Source: an uncultured Chitinophagaceae bacterium (GTDB taxonomy: Bacteria; Bacteroidota; Ignavibacteria; UBA10030; UBA8401). From it: DNA of 64,000 nt. A program made the translations under genes and the position numbers. Shown one piece after another: positions 18,675-28,932 of the stretch. Within the stretch, counting starts at the first letter, position 1, and every line of letters starts with the position of its first letter. The notes beneath the pieces are model-generated. The model saw only the letters and a list, made by a program, of their open reading frames with translations, was not told the origin of the DNA and ran no database searches. The stretch spans positions 14,667 through 78,666 of the forward strand of contig CAZRWF010000002.1 of the NCBI GenBank assembly GCA_964603685.1. The letters are read 5' to 3'.

Positions 18675-19973
18675 TTACAACCTGTACGCCATGCGAAGCA
18701 GGGTTGCCAAATGTACTGTTTTTGTCGGTAATCCGCTGTTCGAACAGCCATATTCGATCTGTGAAATGCACCCCGGATTGTTCGCCACGACAAATTCGGC
18801 ATCCGTGGAGCGAATATGGGATATTTTCCTGTCCAATATTTTCATGGAATCTTCAAATCGGGTGACATTATAGATACCGGCGCTTCCGCAGCACCAGGAT
18901 GCTTCCGGCAACTCTACGAATTCGAGTGACGGGATCGAACGAAGCAAAACGCGCGGTTGCTGCGAGATTTTTTGTGAGTGAACAAGATGACAGGCGTCAT
19001 GATAGGAAACACGGTGCGGGAAGGGATGGTCGGGACGTTTCAAACCGATCGTCGATAAAAACTCCGATAGGTCCTTCACCTTGGAGGAAACTAATTCCGC
19101 CTTTGCCGCATAGTCCGTGTCATTCTGAAGATAATGACCGTATTCTTTCATCAATGCCCCGCATCCGGCGGAATTCATCACGATCGCGTCCAGCTCGAAC
19201 GAAAGAAACGCATCGATGTTCTTACGGGCCAGGTCGCGGGCGATATCAAAATCGCCATTGTGAGCCTGTAACGATCCACAGCAAACCTGATTCTTCGGCA
19301 TCACCACCTCGCATCCGTGATGCAGCAGCACTTTGACCGTGTCGTTATGAACTTCGCCGAACGCAACATTCATGATACATCCGGTAAGAAATCCGACGCG
19401 GTACCGAACCTCGCCCGCCGGCCGCAGAATCTCCGGATGTTGTTCGTCGAAAAACGTCACATCGATCACCGGCGCCAATTTTTGAAGTTCCGTCAACTGC
19501 GGTGCCGCCGCTTTCGCTAATCGCGATTCCGCCAACAGTCTCATCACCAAATTTTTTTGGAAAAACCGGATGACCCGGCCTACACTCTTTAAAAGAAATT
19601 GCGAGGAGAGGACCTTCCGCAACAGTAACCATTTCGTCCAGCGAACAATGAGGGATTCTTTTTTTTGCAGACGGATTTGATTTCGTGTCGCTTCCACAAG
19701 CGACCCGTAGCGAACACCGGCGGGACAAGCGGTTTCACAAGCCTGACAATCGAGACAGAAATTCATCTCGTCGATAAATCCCTCCGTCCACTCCAACGAT
19801 CCTTCGGCAACCGATTTGATCAAGCGGATCCGGCCGCGGGGGGAAGATTTTTCCCTGCCGGTGATGGAAAATGTCGGACAGACCGGCAGGCACAATCCGC
19901 AATGCATGCAGTTGGTCAGCACATCATCGTTCGGAATATCCACGCCGCTGAATGGTGATCTGCGGTCAGACAT
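18675..19973 (-). CDS. glcF: (Fe-S)-binding oxidoreductase subunit, GlcF-like
   Basis: 432 aa. Two ferredoxin-type clusters (CMHCGLCLPVCP, CLDCQACETACP) followed by two cysteine-rich CCG-type regions. Overlaps the glcD-like stop by 8 nt. Confidence 0.85.
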   Translation of the reverse strand: MSDRRSPFSGVDIPNDDVLTNCMHCGLCLPVCPTFSITGREKSSPRGRIRLIKSVAEGSLEWTEGFIDEMNFCLDCQACETACPAGVRYGSLVEATRNQIRLQKKESLIVRWTKWLLLRKVLSSQFLLKSVGRVIRFFQKNLVMRLLAESRLAKAAAPQLTELQKLAPVIDVTFFDEQHPEILRPAGEVRYRVGFLTGCIMNVAFGEVHNDTVKVLLHHGCEVVMPKNQVCCGSLQAHNGDFDIARDLARKNIDAFLSFELDAIVMNSAGCGALMKEYGHYLQNDTDYAAKAELVSSKVKDLSEFLSTIGLKRPDHPFPHRVSYHDACHLVHSQKISQQPRVLLRSIPSLEFVELPEASWCCGSAGIYNVTRFEDSMKILDRKISHIRSTDAEFVVANNPGCISQIEYGCSNSGLPTKTVHLATLLRMAYRL

Positions 19974-21348
19974 CGAAAATTTTTCCCGGATTAAGGATAT
20001 TCAGCGGATCCATCGCTTTTTTGATCGACCGCATCGCATCGATGCCGGATTTTCCGGAGACGAGGTGAAGGAATTTTTTCTTTGCCAGCCCGGTGCCGTG
20101 TTCTCCCGTGATCGTCCCTCCCAATTTCACCGCTTCAACAAAAATTTCTTCGTACGCTTTTTCGGCCCGGGACATTTCATCGTGATCCCGTTCGTCCGTG
20201 AGGCAAGTCGGATGGAGATTGCCGTCGCCGGCATGACCAAAGGTGCCGATGAGCACATGATATTTTTTTGAAATCTGTTGAATCTTTTCCAGCATTACGG
20301 CAATCTCGCTGCGCGGAACGGTGATATCTTCTAAAATTGTCGTCGGCTTCATGCGCGCGAGTGCGGAAAATGCCGAACGGCGCGCGGCCTTCAATTGTAA
20401 CGCTTCTTCCGGCGATCCCGCCGTCTTAACATCCACGGCGTTATTGTTCCGGCAACAGGCGGCGATTTTTTTCGCCTCCTCCTCCACCGCACTGGGATTG
20501 CCGTCGACCTCCAGCAACAGAAGCGATTCGATATCCGTGGGAAGTCCAATCCGGGCAAATTCTTCCACACAACGGATGGTGGTGTTGTCCAAAAATTCCA
20601 CGGTGCACGGTATGATCTTTTCGGCGATGATGGCGGAAACGGTTCTTCCGGCATCGGCTTGCGTGGAAAAATACGCGATCATCGTTTTGCTGGCGGCCGG
20701 CTTCGGAATCAGTTTCAAGAGGATCTTCGTAAAAATTCCAAGCGTTCCCTCCGATCCGACGAACAGGTCCTTCAGATTGTACCCGGCAACGTCTTTTACT
20801 GTTTTTCCACCGCACACAATAATCTCGCCGTTGGGAAGGACCACTTCCAGGCCCATGACATAATTTTTTGTAACCCCGTATTTCAAGCCGCGAAGGCCGC
20901 CGGAATTTTCGGCTACATTCCCGCCAATGGTGCAGATATTCATGCTTCCGGGATCCGGCGGATAAAATAATCCGAGCTTTTCCACTTCGGCGTGTAATTG
21001 AGAAGTGATCACGCCGGGTTGAACCCACGCCGTGAGATTTTCGGGATCGATCTCCAGTATCGAGTTCCATCGGGAAAGATCAATAACGATCCCGTCCGGA
21101 ACAGGTATTGAACCTCCGCTCAGTCCCGAACCGGCACCGCGGGGAACGACGGCAAAACGTTCTTCATTCGCCAGTCGAACGATGGCGGCGACCTGTTCGG
21201 GAGTGCGTGGTCGTACGATGGCGGCCGGTCGTTGCTGCAACAACGGCGTACCGTCGTACGAATATGTGATCAGGTCTTCCGGCGAGGTATAGACGGAATC
21301 ATTCCCGACGATCCCGGCCAATGCCGAAAGGCTGCGCGCAGAGATCAT
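19966..21348 (-). CDS. glcD: FAD-linked oxidase, GlcD / D-lactate dehydrogenase family
   Basis: 460 aa. FAD-binding PCMH-type N-terminal domain (VVPRGAGSGLSGG) and C-terminal GHAGDGNLH motif. Confidence 0.9.
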   Translation of the reverse strand: MISARSLSALAGIVGNDSVYTSPEDLITYSYDGTPLLQQRPAAIVRPRTPEQVAAIVRLANEERFAVVPRGAGSGLSGGSIPVPDGIVIDLSRWNSILEIDPENLTAWVQPGVITSQLHAEVEKLGLFYPPDPGSMNICTIGGNVAENSGGLRGLKYGVTKNYVMGLEVVLPNGEIIVCGGKTVKDVAGYNLKDLFVGSEGTLGIFTKILLKLIPKPAASKTMIAYFSTQADAGRTVSAIIAEKIIPCTVEFLDNTTIRCVEEFARIGLPTDIESLLLLEVDGNPSAVEEEAKKIAACCRNNNAVDVKTAGSPEEALQLKAARRSAFSALARMKPTTILEDITVPRSEIAVMLEKIQQISKKYHVLIGTFGHAGDGNLHPTCLTDERDHDEMSRAEKAYEEIFVEAVKLGGTITGEHGTGLAKKKFLHLVSGKSGIDAMRSIKKAMDPLNILNPGKIFDV

Positions 21349-21701
21349 GCAGTGGCTCGTTTATAGCGGACGATGGAGTATTGATTTTCCGGATTGGAGA
21401 CGAACGATTTGGGACGGTCAGCAGACGTCGTATTGTAACAGACCACCAAAAATCCTCCCATTAACTTGTAAATCGCTTTGAATGTTTTCCCTTTGCTGGG
21501 GCCGTCGGTGACCGTTATTTCGAAAGACATCGGAACGACGTGAGGAATAAATTTGATCGTGCCGATATCGGTATTACCGCCAAGGTGCAGTTCACATTTG
21601 TCCGCAGCGATGTTCAAGGTGATCACCGAGAGGAAATCGTCGTCGATATGTTGTCCACCTAATTCGGCGCCGACCGCGATCCAGTTGCCGTCCAATGTCA
21701 T
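21345..21701 (-). CDS. small lipocalin-like protein resembling the TIGR03067 domain family, no signal peptide
   Basis: Start moved to the ATG at 21701 (MTLDGNWIAVGAELGG...). The pattern LxGxW..v.aE..G, ...P..i....G...GK....IY.L....L..C.......RP..F is what I recall for TIGR03067. Its stop overlaps the glcD start (ATGA). Confidence 0.6.
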   Translation of the reverse strand: MTLDGNWIAVGAELGGQHIDDDFLSVITLNIAADKCELHLGGNTDIGTIKFIPHVVPMSFEITVTDGPSKGKTFKAIYKLMGGFLVVCYNTTSADRPKSFVSNPENQYSIVRYKRATA

Positions 21702-21876
21702 AATATTCCCCGGGTGCGTTGCAAAAAATAAGAAGGAGTCCGTTCGCCGGGCCGATTGCCGCAAAGAAGTACGGCATCGCGCCAGTTTCAAATTGTTTCA
21801 TCAGGACGAGTTGACTATATTTGTCCGTGCAATTCATAGGAAAGTAACGAAATCACCTTCTAAAATCAATGAATGA

Positions 21877-23271
<1,395 letters not shown>

Positions 23272-23292
23272 TTGAATCTTTTTAAAATGAAG

Positions 23293-23331
23293 AACGCCAT
23301 GGTGGACGTCGCCATGGCGTTTTGTCTTTTT
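23293..23331. terminator. bidirectional terminator between tpl and the convergent OMP gene
   Basis: AACGCCATGG-tggacgtcg-CCATGGCGTT followed by TTGTCTTTTT on the + strand, with an A-rich tract before it. Confidence 0.6.
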
Positions 23332-23347
23332 AAAGAACGTCGTTCGG

Positions 23348-24115
23348 TTACCAGCCAAAAAATCCGAACATGATGCCGGCATTCACCGTGTATCCGTCCG
23401 TTTTGATCTTCGACGGAACGCCGTTGATCTCATATTGGTTGTCGAGTTTCCATTCCGGTGAGAACATGATCGGATACCCGACGCCCACACGCAGCTGCAG
23501 CCAAGTCAACAGCGTATATTCGATGTTGACATGAGGATTGAATGTAACGAAGGAACCGGTCATCGTCCGCGTATAGTTGGATGTCGGCCGTGAGAGATCT
23601 CCGAATGAAGACCACAACGAATCCCACTGTTTGAACGATCCATCATCTCTCCGCATCGTCAGATTGATTGCGCCGCCGCCGATGGAAGCGCCGACGGCGA
23701 CATCCAGGCGATAGGCGATCGGCTGCACATAATCGATCATAAATCCGCCGTAGGACAATGTATAATCCACTTCTTTTTTCACATTGCCGGTGATCGAATT
23801 TACGGATCGGACACCGGAGACACCGAATCCCCCCATCCGAACATTGCGAAGGAACATGATATACCCGTATCCTTCACCGCCGACAAGATAGATGGGATCA
23901 CTGCCGAACACGGGCAAACCGGCGGAAGCCAGATATTTGTCGATTTCGGCATTGTCAAACATACCCACCACCGGGGTGATACCGCCGGCACCGCCGAGTT
24001 TAGAGCGGTTCATGTATGACGAAGAACGGGTCTGATTATCGTCGTCGTTATCTTGTGCGGATACAGGGAGTGCGGTCAATAATGCGGTGAATATGACAAA
24101 AAGGACTGTTTTCAT
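23348..24115 (-). CDS. small outer-membrane beta-barrel protein, function unknown
   Basis: Start moved to the ATG at 24115 (MKTVLFVIFTALLTALPVSAQ signal peptide, AGGAG SD). G/Y/V-rich alternating strands. C-terminal ...AGIMFGFFGW. Confidence 0.7.
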   Translation of the reverse strand: MKTVLFVIFTALLTALPVSAQDNDDDNQTRSSSYMNRSKLGGAGGITPVVGMFDNAEIDKYLASAGLPVFGSDPIYLVGGEGYGYIMFLRNVRMGGFGVSGVRSVNSITGNVKKEVDYTLSYGGFMIDYVQPIAYRLDVAVGASIGGGAINLTMRRDDGSFKQWDSLWSSFGDLSRPTSNYTRTMTGSFVTFNPHVNIEYTLLTWLQLRVGVGYPIMFSPEWKLDNQYEINGVPSKIKTDGYTVNAGIMFGFFGW

Positions 24116-24201
24116 GAATTCTCCTGAACGTGGTCGTAGATATGTTGAGATGATAATTCCGGAAATTACGAATTGCTGCGGAAAGAGTTGCGTGCCGGGA
24201 A

Positions 24202-24753
24202 TCATAATCCCAGGGACGAGGCGTTATTTTTAAATGACAAGATGACAAATTCGATGTGCTCATCCAACGGGATTCCGAGCTCTTCGGCTCCCCGCTGGAT
24301 GTCTTCCCTGCTCACGTTTCTGGCGAACGTTTTATCCTTCAATTTTTTTTTGACCGATGTTACTTCCACGGAGGCGATCTTTTTATCCGGTTTCACCAAA
24401 GTGCATGCGACAAGAAATCCGGACAATTCGTCGCAGGCAAACAGGGTTTTTGCGAGGGGTGTTTCTCGCGGCACATTCGTATAGGAAGCGTGACCCAGAA
24501 TGGCCGTGATCATTTCTTCGGGATAACCGCGTTCGCGCAAAACAACAGAACCTTTCATCGGATGGTCCGGCGGCTGGGGATATCGTTCGTAATCGAAATC
24601 ATGCAACAATCCCGTGATTCCCCAGAGTTCTTCGTCCCACGAGCCTTTCCGTGCATACGCACGCATCGCCGTTTCGACACAGTACATGTGTTTCCGCAGT
24701 GATTCGCTTTTGGTCCACTCTTCCATCAATTGAACGGCGTCGAGTCGATTCAT
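24202..24753 (-). CDS. HD-domain metal-dependent phosphohydrolase
   Basis: Start moved to the ATG at 24753 (MNRLDAVQLMEEW...), which overlaps the nth stop (ATGA). HD signature ...LLHDFDYERY... plus later ILGHASY. Confidence 0.8.
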   Translation of the reverse strand: MNRLDAVQLMEEWTKSESLRKHMYCVETAMRAYARKGSWDEELWGITGLLHDFDYERYPQPPDHPMKGSVVLRERGYPEEMITAILGHASYTNVPRETPLAKTLFACDELSGFLVACTLVKPDKKIASVEVTSVKKKLKDKTFARNVSREDIQRGAEELGIPLDEHIEFVILSFKNNASSLGL

Positions 24754-25418
24754 CGGGTCACCTGTGCGGAAGGACAGTATGTTCGAACGATGCAGTTGTT
24801 GCATTTCGGCCGCCGGGCCGGACAGACCGATCGGCCGTGCAGTATCAGTGAATGAGAAAAGTGAAACCATTTTTTTTGCGGGATTAACGGCATCAGGTCT
24901 CTTTCGATTTTTACGGGATCGTCCGATTCGGTCAATCCCAACAGTCGTGATAATCGCATCACATGCGTGTCGACCACGACTCCTTCGACTTTTCCAAACG
25001 CTGCGCCGAGAACGACATTGGCTGTTTTTCTTCCGACCCCCGGAAGTGCGACCAATTCGCGGAGTGTGTGCGGAACAATTCCGTTGTGCCGCTCCAACAA
25101 CGTGGTTGCGAATCCGACGATATTTTTTGCTTTGTTATGATAAAATCCGGTAGATCGGATGAGTTGTTCCACTTCGACGATGGGTGCCGCAGCAAAAGAC
25201 TGCGGCGTCGGGAACCGTTGAAACAACGCCGGTGTCACCAGATTAACGCGGGCGTCGGTACATTGCGCCGAGAGGATGACGGCTACCGCCAGTTGGAACG
25301 GATTTTGATGATGCAGGGCGACACGGTCGCTGGGATATTCTTTCAGGAGTTTTTTGACAATCAGTAACGCCCGTCGTTTCCGTTGTTGGAACGATTCCCG
25401 TTTGGGCGTTCCCATCAC
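24750..25418 (-). CDS. nth: endonuclease III
   Basis: 222 aa. HhH-GPD region (LVALPGVGRKTANVVL), catalytic Lys/Asp context, C-terminal 4Fe-4S cluster CPARRPKCNNCIVRTYC. The track start is a GTG at 25418; an ATG follows at 25415. Confidence 0.95.
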   Translation of the reverse strand: MMGTPKRESFQQRKRRALLIVKKLLKEYPSDRVALHHQNPFQLAVAVILSAQCTDARVNLVTPALFQRFPTPQSFAAAPIVEVEQLIRSTGFYHNKAKNIVGFATTLLERHNGIVPHTLRELVALPGVGRKTANVVLGAAFGKVEGVVVDTHVMRLSRLLGLTESDDPVKIERDLMPLIPQKKWFHFSHSLILHGRSVCPARRPKCNNCIVRTYCPSAQVTR

Positions 25419-26296
25419 GGCCGTTGCTCCAGCACGACGAGTGAGCCGCGTGCGGTGATCGCATCCTCCAATTCCTCATCATCGCCGATCAACGAAAGAA
25501 TCATCGAACCGAGAGGGTGCGCATTCAGATCGGCGGTAAAACGGATTTGATATCGTGCACCGAGGGAGCTGCGGAATAATTGTTTCGTCAGAGAGAATTG
25601 TTTGATGCCGAACTGTTCCTGCAATACCGGCAGCCGCTGCCGCAGCCGGTGATGGATTCCTTCGCCGTCGATGTCAAAATCGATCATTATTGAATTTTTC
25701 TTTACCGGACCGTTTTCCGGGCGCAAGTCGATCAAAAAAGTCGAAAGAGCTTCGTTCACCGTCGGCATCGACGTCTTTTTCGACAGCGTTTCGATCGCCG
25801 ATTTTACCGTGATACCGGTCGGAATCGCATCGAACGAAACGAAGAGGACCAATGGTTCTCCTGAATTTTTTCCGAACTGGCAACCGGCATCGATCAACAT
25901 CGCGCGGCCGTTCTTCAGAAGACGTTTGAGTACTCCGACCATTTGTCGCTGCAGCGGTACATCCTGCGGATCAATCACGGACCAGATCGTATGATCGACT
26001 CCGCCGACGTCGGGGGCGGCGTTCAATTGGGCGACCGACCCGGAAATGCTTTCGGTGATCAGCGACATGATCTCATCCTTGTCCGACCGCAGCGGCGTCG
26101 ATAAAAAATGCGTCAGGCGGCCGCGAAGGATCGATCCGTTTTTTACGATGACGTCGTTCATCACCCGTCCGGATTCCTCGGCAGCGGAACGTAATGCGTC
26201 CGGAAGAAGAGACGCAAAATCATCGGCCGCGGGAGTTTCCGACTTTTGCTGCAGTCCGGTTCGTTGGAACAGGGCGAAATAAGAATATTGTTTCAT
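25415..26296 (-). CDS. hypothetical cytoplasmic protein, no recognisable family
   Basis: 293-aa ORF with no signal peptide or TM segment and no motif I can assign. Coding-like composition, first gene after a promoter/terminator region, and its stop overlaps the nth start. Confidence 0.75.
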   Translation of the reverse strand: MKQYSYFALFQRTGLQQKSETPAADDFASLLPDALRSAAEESGRVMNDVIVKNGSILRGRLTHFLSTPLRSDKDEIMSLITESISGSVAQLNAAPDVGGVDHTIWSVIDPQDVPLQRQMVGVLKRLLKNGRAMLIDAGCQFGKNSGEPLVLFVSFDAIPTGITVKSAIETLSKKTSMPTVNEALSTFLIDLRPENGPVKKNSIMIDFDIDGEGIHHRLRQRLPVLQEQFGIKQFSLTKQLFRSSLGARYQIRFTADLNAHPLGSMILSLIGDDEELEDAITARGSLVVLEQRP

Positions 26297-26339
26297 GTGC
26301 CGGTTAACAGTACATCATACGGATTGGTTCATCGGGAGA

Positions 26340-26367
26340 AATATACAAAAAGTAATGGGGGGAGCAA
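26340..26367 (-). promoter_or_regulatory. candidate promoter of the orphan-nth-HD operon
   Basis: Minus strand TTGCTC (26367..26362), 16 nt, TATATT (26345..26340); the -35 overlaps the U-tract of the tRNA-Lys terminator. Confidence 0.35.
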
Positions 26368-26396
26368 AAAATAAAAAAGTCCGATCTCTCGGACTT
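26366..26396 (-). terminator. intrinsic terminator after tRNA-Lys
   Basis: AGTCCGA-gaga-TCGGACT hairpin flanked by an A-run and a T-run; on the minus strand it is followed by TTTTTTATTTTTT. Confidence 0.7.
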
Positions 26397-26404
26397 TTTT
26401 TCTG

Positions 26405-26477
26405 TGCACCTACCAGGACTCGAACCTGGAACCCACTGATTAAGAGTCAGTTGCTCTACCGATTGAGCCATAGGTGC
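26405..26477 (-). tRNA. tRNA-Lys (anticodon CTT)
   Basis: Minus strand GCACCTATGGCTCAATCGGTAGAGCAACTGACTCTTAATCAGTGGGTTCCAGGTTCGAGTCCTGGTAGGTGCA. Acceptor GCACCTA/TAGGTGC, anticodon stem ACTGA/TCAGT with loop CTCTTAA, TPsiC arm CCAGG/CCTGG. No encoded CCA. Confidence 0.9.
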
Positions 26478-26505
26478 GGTGAATGGTGCGGCGATTGTTG
26501 CATCC

Positions 26506-26539
26506 AAAAAACAAAACCCACAGTGTTGAAACCGTGGGT
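26506..26539 (-). terminator. weak terminator after secG
   Basis: Minus strand CCCAC-ggtttcaacact-GTGGG followed by TTTTGTTTTTT; the stem is short. Confidence 0.45.
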
Positions 26540-26572
26540 ATGGCTTTGAGTAAATCTCGCCACAGCGATACT

Positions 26573-26890
26573 TTATGGTTGCGTTTGCACCGGGATTTGC
26601 GGCGCAGGAACGGTCGTCGTTTGTCCGCTTTGGATCACACTTTCCTGTGTTTTCCCTTTTCCGGGGAGGAAAAAGAGGTTAACGGCCAATGCGATGACAA
26701 TAAATGCCGTTGCAAGGTATGTGGTGGATTTCGATAAGAAGTCGGAAGCTCTCCGGACGCCGAACACCGTTCCGATATTGCTACCTCCAAATCCGGCCGC
26801 CAGTCCACCGCCTTTGCTATTTTGCATGAGAATAACTAAAATTAACAACACGGCAATAACAATTTCAATGAGAACTAAAGCTGTATACAT
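26573..26890 (-). CDS. secG: preprotein translocase subunit SecG
   Basis: 105 aa, MYTALVLIEIVIAVLLILVILMQNSKGGGLAAGFGGS...; two TM segments and the characteristic LLQ/MQ-x-SKGGG motif. Confidence 0.9.
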   Translation of the reverse strand: MYTALVLIEIVIAVLLILVILMQNSKGGGLAAGFGGSNIGTVFGVRRASDFLSKSTTYLATAFIVIALAVNLFFLPGKGKTQESVIQSGQTTTVPAPQIPVQTQP

Positions 26891-26929
26891 TGTGTTCCAC
26901 CATTGGAGAATGTAATAATTCGATTATTT

Positions 26930-26958
26930 ATTACACAAAAGTAGCCAATTTTATTCAA
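26930..26958 (-). promoter_or_regulatory. candidate secG promoter
   Basis: Minus strand TTGAAT (26958..26953), 17 nt, TGTAAT (26935..26930). Confidence 0.35.
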
Positions 26959-26977
26959 AAAAACAATATCCTGCCCG

Positions 26978-28198
26978 ATGATTCGACTGTACACGACACT
27001 CTTTTTGCTGGCAGGACAAATTTACCTCTTTATTCGACTGAAAAAATTTATCCAGCGGTCCGGACGGTTTCCGGTGTGGACCACGAAAGCCACCGCGGCG
27101 TTGTTTCTATTTTTTAACATTCCGTTACTCTTCCTCTATTTTTATATTTGGCGGCTCTCGACGGTTTCTCCGGATATTGTTCTTCTTTTGACGCCGGTAT
27201 TTATCTGGCATATTGCAACTCTTTTTATCTTTCTTGTGTTGGGAATTTGGGAATTGCTCTCCCTCCCTTTTCGCGCGACGGTAAAAATCGCCACTTTGCA
27301 TCCGATCATTAAATCAAAGGTTTTGGTAATGAAAGAAACGGAACGGTTCAAAAAGTTTGACGCCTCCCGGCGCTCTTTTCTTCAAAAAGGAGTCATCGGC
27401 TTGTCGGCATATTCGTTCGTCGGCGCAACCGCGGGGGCGGTCTCCACAGGAAACTTTGTGATAAAAAGAGTGACTGTTCCAATTCCCCGTCTTCCGGAGT
27501 CCTTTAAAGGATTTACGATCGGCATGATGAGCGATATTCACTCCAGCATCTTTATGAACAAAGATGACATGGCGGAATATATCAAAGCGATGAACGGACT
27601 GAAGACCGATCTGATCGTCGTTACCGGCGACATGGTGAACAGCAAGACCGAAGAGGTGTATCAATTTGCAGAGGCTTTTTCCGAACTCAAAGCACGGTAC
27701 GGCGTTTTCGGTTGCCTGGGAAATCACGACTTTTTTACGAAGAACGTCGATACCGTGGCGAAAGAAATCGATGCATGCGGCGTTAAGATGCTGCGAAATG
27801 ATGCGGTGAAAATCGAAAAAGAGGGGTCGTTCTTCAATCTTGTCGGGGTGGACGACATCGGACGCAACATGAAACCGGAAGAATATATGACGAAGGCGCT
27901 GGCATTTGCCAAAAACGATGAAGCAAAGATCCTGCTGTGTCATAAACCGTATTATTTCCAAAACGCAAAAGATTTAGGAGTGGATCTGACGTTAAGCGGA
28001 CACACGCACGGCGGTCAAATCGTTTTCGGAACCGTTGATAATACACCGATCTCCCTTGCGGCACTGGCCTCCAAATATGTTTCGGGATTGTATACTCTCG
28101 GGGAATCACATTTGTATGTGAATGACGGCATCGGATACACCGGCATTCCTTTCCGCATCAACTGCCCGGCGGAGTTGACCGTCATTACGCTGGTGTGA
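26978..28198 (+). CDS. membrane-anchored metallophosphoesterase (calcineurin-like, YkuE type)
   Basis: 406 aa. Four N-terminal TM helices, then phosphoesterase motifs MSDIHSS, VVTGDMV, GNHDF and SGHTHGGQ. Confidence 0.85.
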   Translation: MIRLYTTLFLLAGQIYLFIRLKKFIQRSGRFPVWTTKATAALFLFFNIPLLFLYFYIWRLSTVSPDIVLLLTPVFIWHIATLFIFLVLGIWELLSLPFRATVKIATLHPIIKSKVLVMKETERFKKFDASRRSFLQKGVIGLSAYSFVGATAGAVSTGNFVIKRVTVPIPRLPESFKGFTIGMMSDIHSSIFMNKDDMAEYIKAMNGLKTDLIVVTGDMVNSKTEEVYQFAEAFSELKARYGVFGCLGNHDFFTKNVDTVAKEIDACGVKMLRNDAVKIEKEGSFFNLVGVDDIGRNMKPEEYMTKALAFAKNDEAKILLCHKPYYFQNAKDLGVDLTLSGHTHGGQIVFGTVDNTPISLAALASKYVSGLYTLGESHLYVNDGIGYTGIPFRINCPAELTVITLV

Positions 28199-28240
28199 CG
28201 CTTCGGAAAAAAATCCCACTCGCCCGTCGCAAATTTCTCT

Positions 28241-28269
28241 TTGAAATTCGAACGTGATTTCTCTATATT
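28241..28269 (+). promoter_or_regulatory. sigma70-like promoter of tdk-nupC-punA
   Basis: TTGAAA (28241..28246), 17 nt, TATATT (28264..28269); 42 nt before the tdk ATG. A small hairpin ttccgt-cattc-acggaa lies in the leader. Confidence 0.5.
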
Positions 28270-28311
28270 CATTCCGTCATTCACGGAATTTGGATCACAC
28301 ACGTTCGATGT

Positions 28312-28881
28312 ATGGAAGTCACCCAACAACAAGCCCCGCAAAGCATCGGTTGGATTGAAGTGGTCGCCGGATGCATGTTCAGCGGCAAAACGGAAGAACT
28401 CATTCGCCGTTTGCGCCGCGCACAGATCGCCCGCCAAAAGGTGATCATCTTCAAACCCCGCATTGACAACCGATATTCCGCCAATCAGATCGTTTCTCAC
28501 AATACGCAATCGCTGGAGTCCGTCGTTATCGACAAAGCGTCGGAGATTATTCCATTATCGAAAGATGCGCAGGTGGTCGGCATTGATGAAGTTCAATTTT
28601 TCGATATGTCCGTCGTCGGCATCTGCAACAAACTGGCGGACGATGGGAAACGGGTAATTGTCGCCGGATTGGATCAGGATTATCGCGGAGTTCCGTTCGA
28701 GCCGATGCCGCAACTGCTGTCCGTGGCCGAATATATCACCAAAACTCTGGCCATTTGCGTCGTATGCGGAAACCCGGCCGATCGCACGCAGCGAAAGATC
28801 GCCTCCTCCGATCGTGTCGTGGTCGGTGCCGCCGATTCGTACGAAGCGCGATGCAGAAAATGTCATTTTATCCCCGATTAA
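28312..28881 (+). CDS. tdk: thymidine kinase
   Basis: 189 aa. P-loop [14 protein letters not shown] and C-terminal zinc-ribbon cysteines (CVVCG...CRKCH). Confidence 0.95.
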   Translation: MEVTQQQAPQSIGWIEVVAGCMFSGKTEELIRRLRRAQIARQKVIIFKPRIDNRYSANQIVSHNTQSLESVVIDKASEIIPLSKDAQVVGIDEVQFFDMSVVGICNKLADDGKRVIVAGLDQDYRGVPFEPMPQLLSVAEYITKTLAICVVCGNPADRTQRKIASSDRVVVGAADSYEARCRKCHFIPD

Positions 28882-28932
28882 CGGTCGTGCTGCGACCTGT
28901 CGTCGGTTCGCTCCTCACTTAATCCCATTTTT

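Noticed and set aside
18602-18802. N-terminal extensions of track ORFs. Examples: 18602..18802, 9912..9974, 21702..21791, 24116..24205, 24754..24870, 30117..30281, 32509..32775, 33516..33716, 39903..39980, 44608..44661, 46876..46983, 49076..49357, 52442..52534, 52430..52501, 57464..57487, 60383..60508
   Set aside because: The longest-ORF starts overlap the preceding gene or run through terminators. They also often use GTG/TTG and add Arg/Cys-rich residues ahead of an obvious signal peptide or conserved N-terminus. Internal ATGs with an SD or an ATGA overlap fit better.
20321-21070. 180-aa + ORF and 209-aa alternative-frame minus ORF inside glcD
   Set aside because: The glcD frame carries clear FAD-oxidase motifs. 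The alternatives are Arg/His-rich and lack any motif.
21811-21823. TTGACT followed by TATATTTG (a Bacteroidetes-type TAnnTTTG -7 box) upstream of the TPL-like gene
   Set aside because: This is a single occurrence, 63 nt from the ATG. The -10 hexamer that a sigma70 spacing would give (TCATAG) is poor. All better-supported promoters in the window are TTGnnn-17-TATATT, so I do not call a promoter here.
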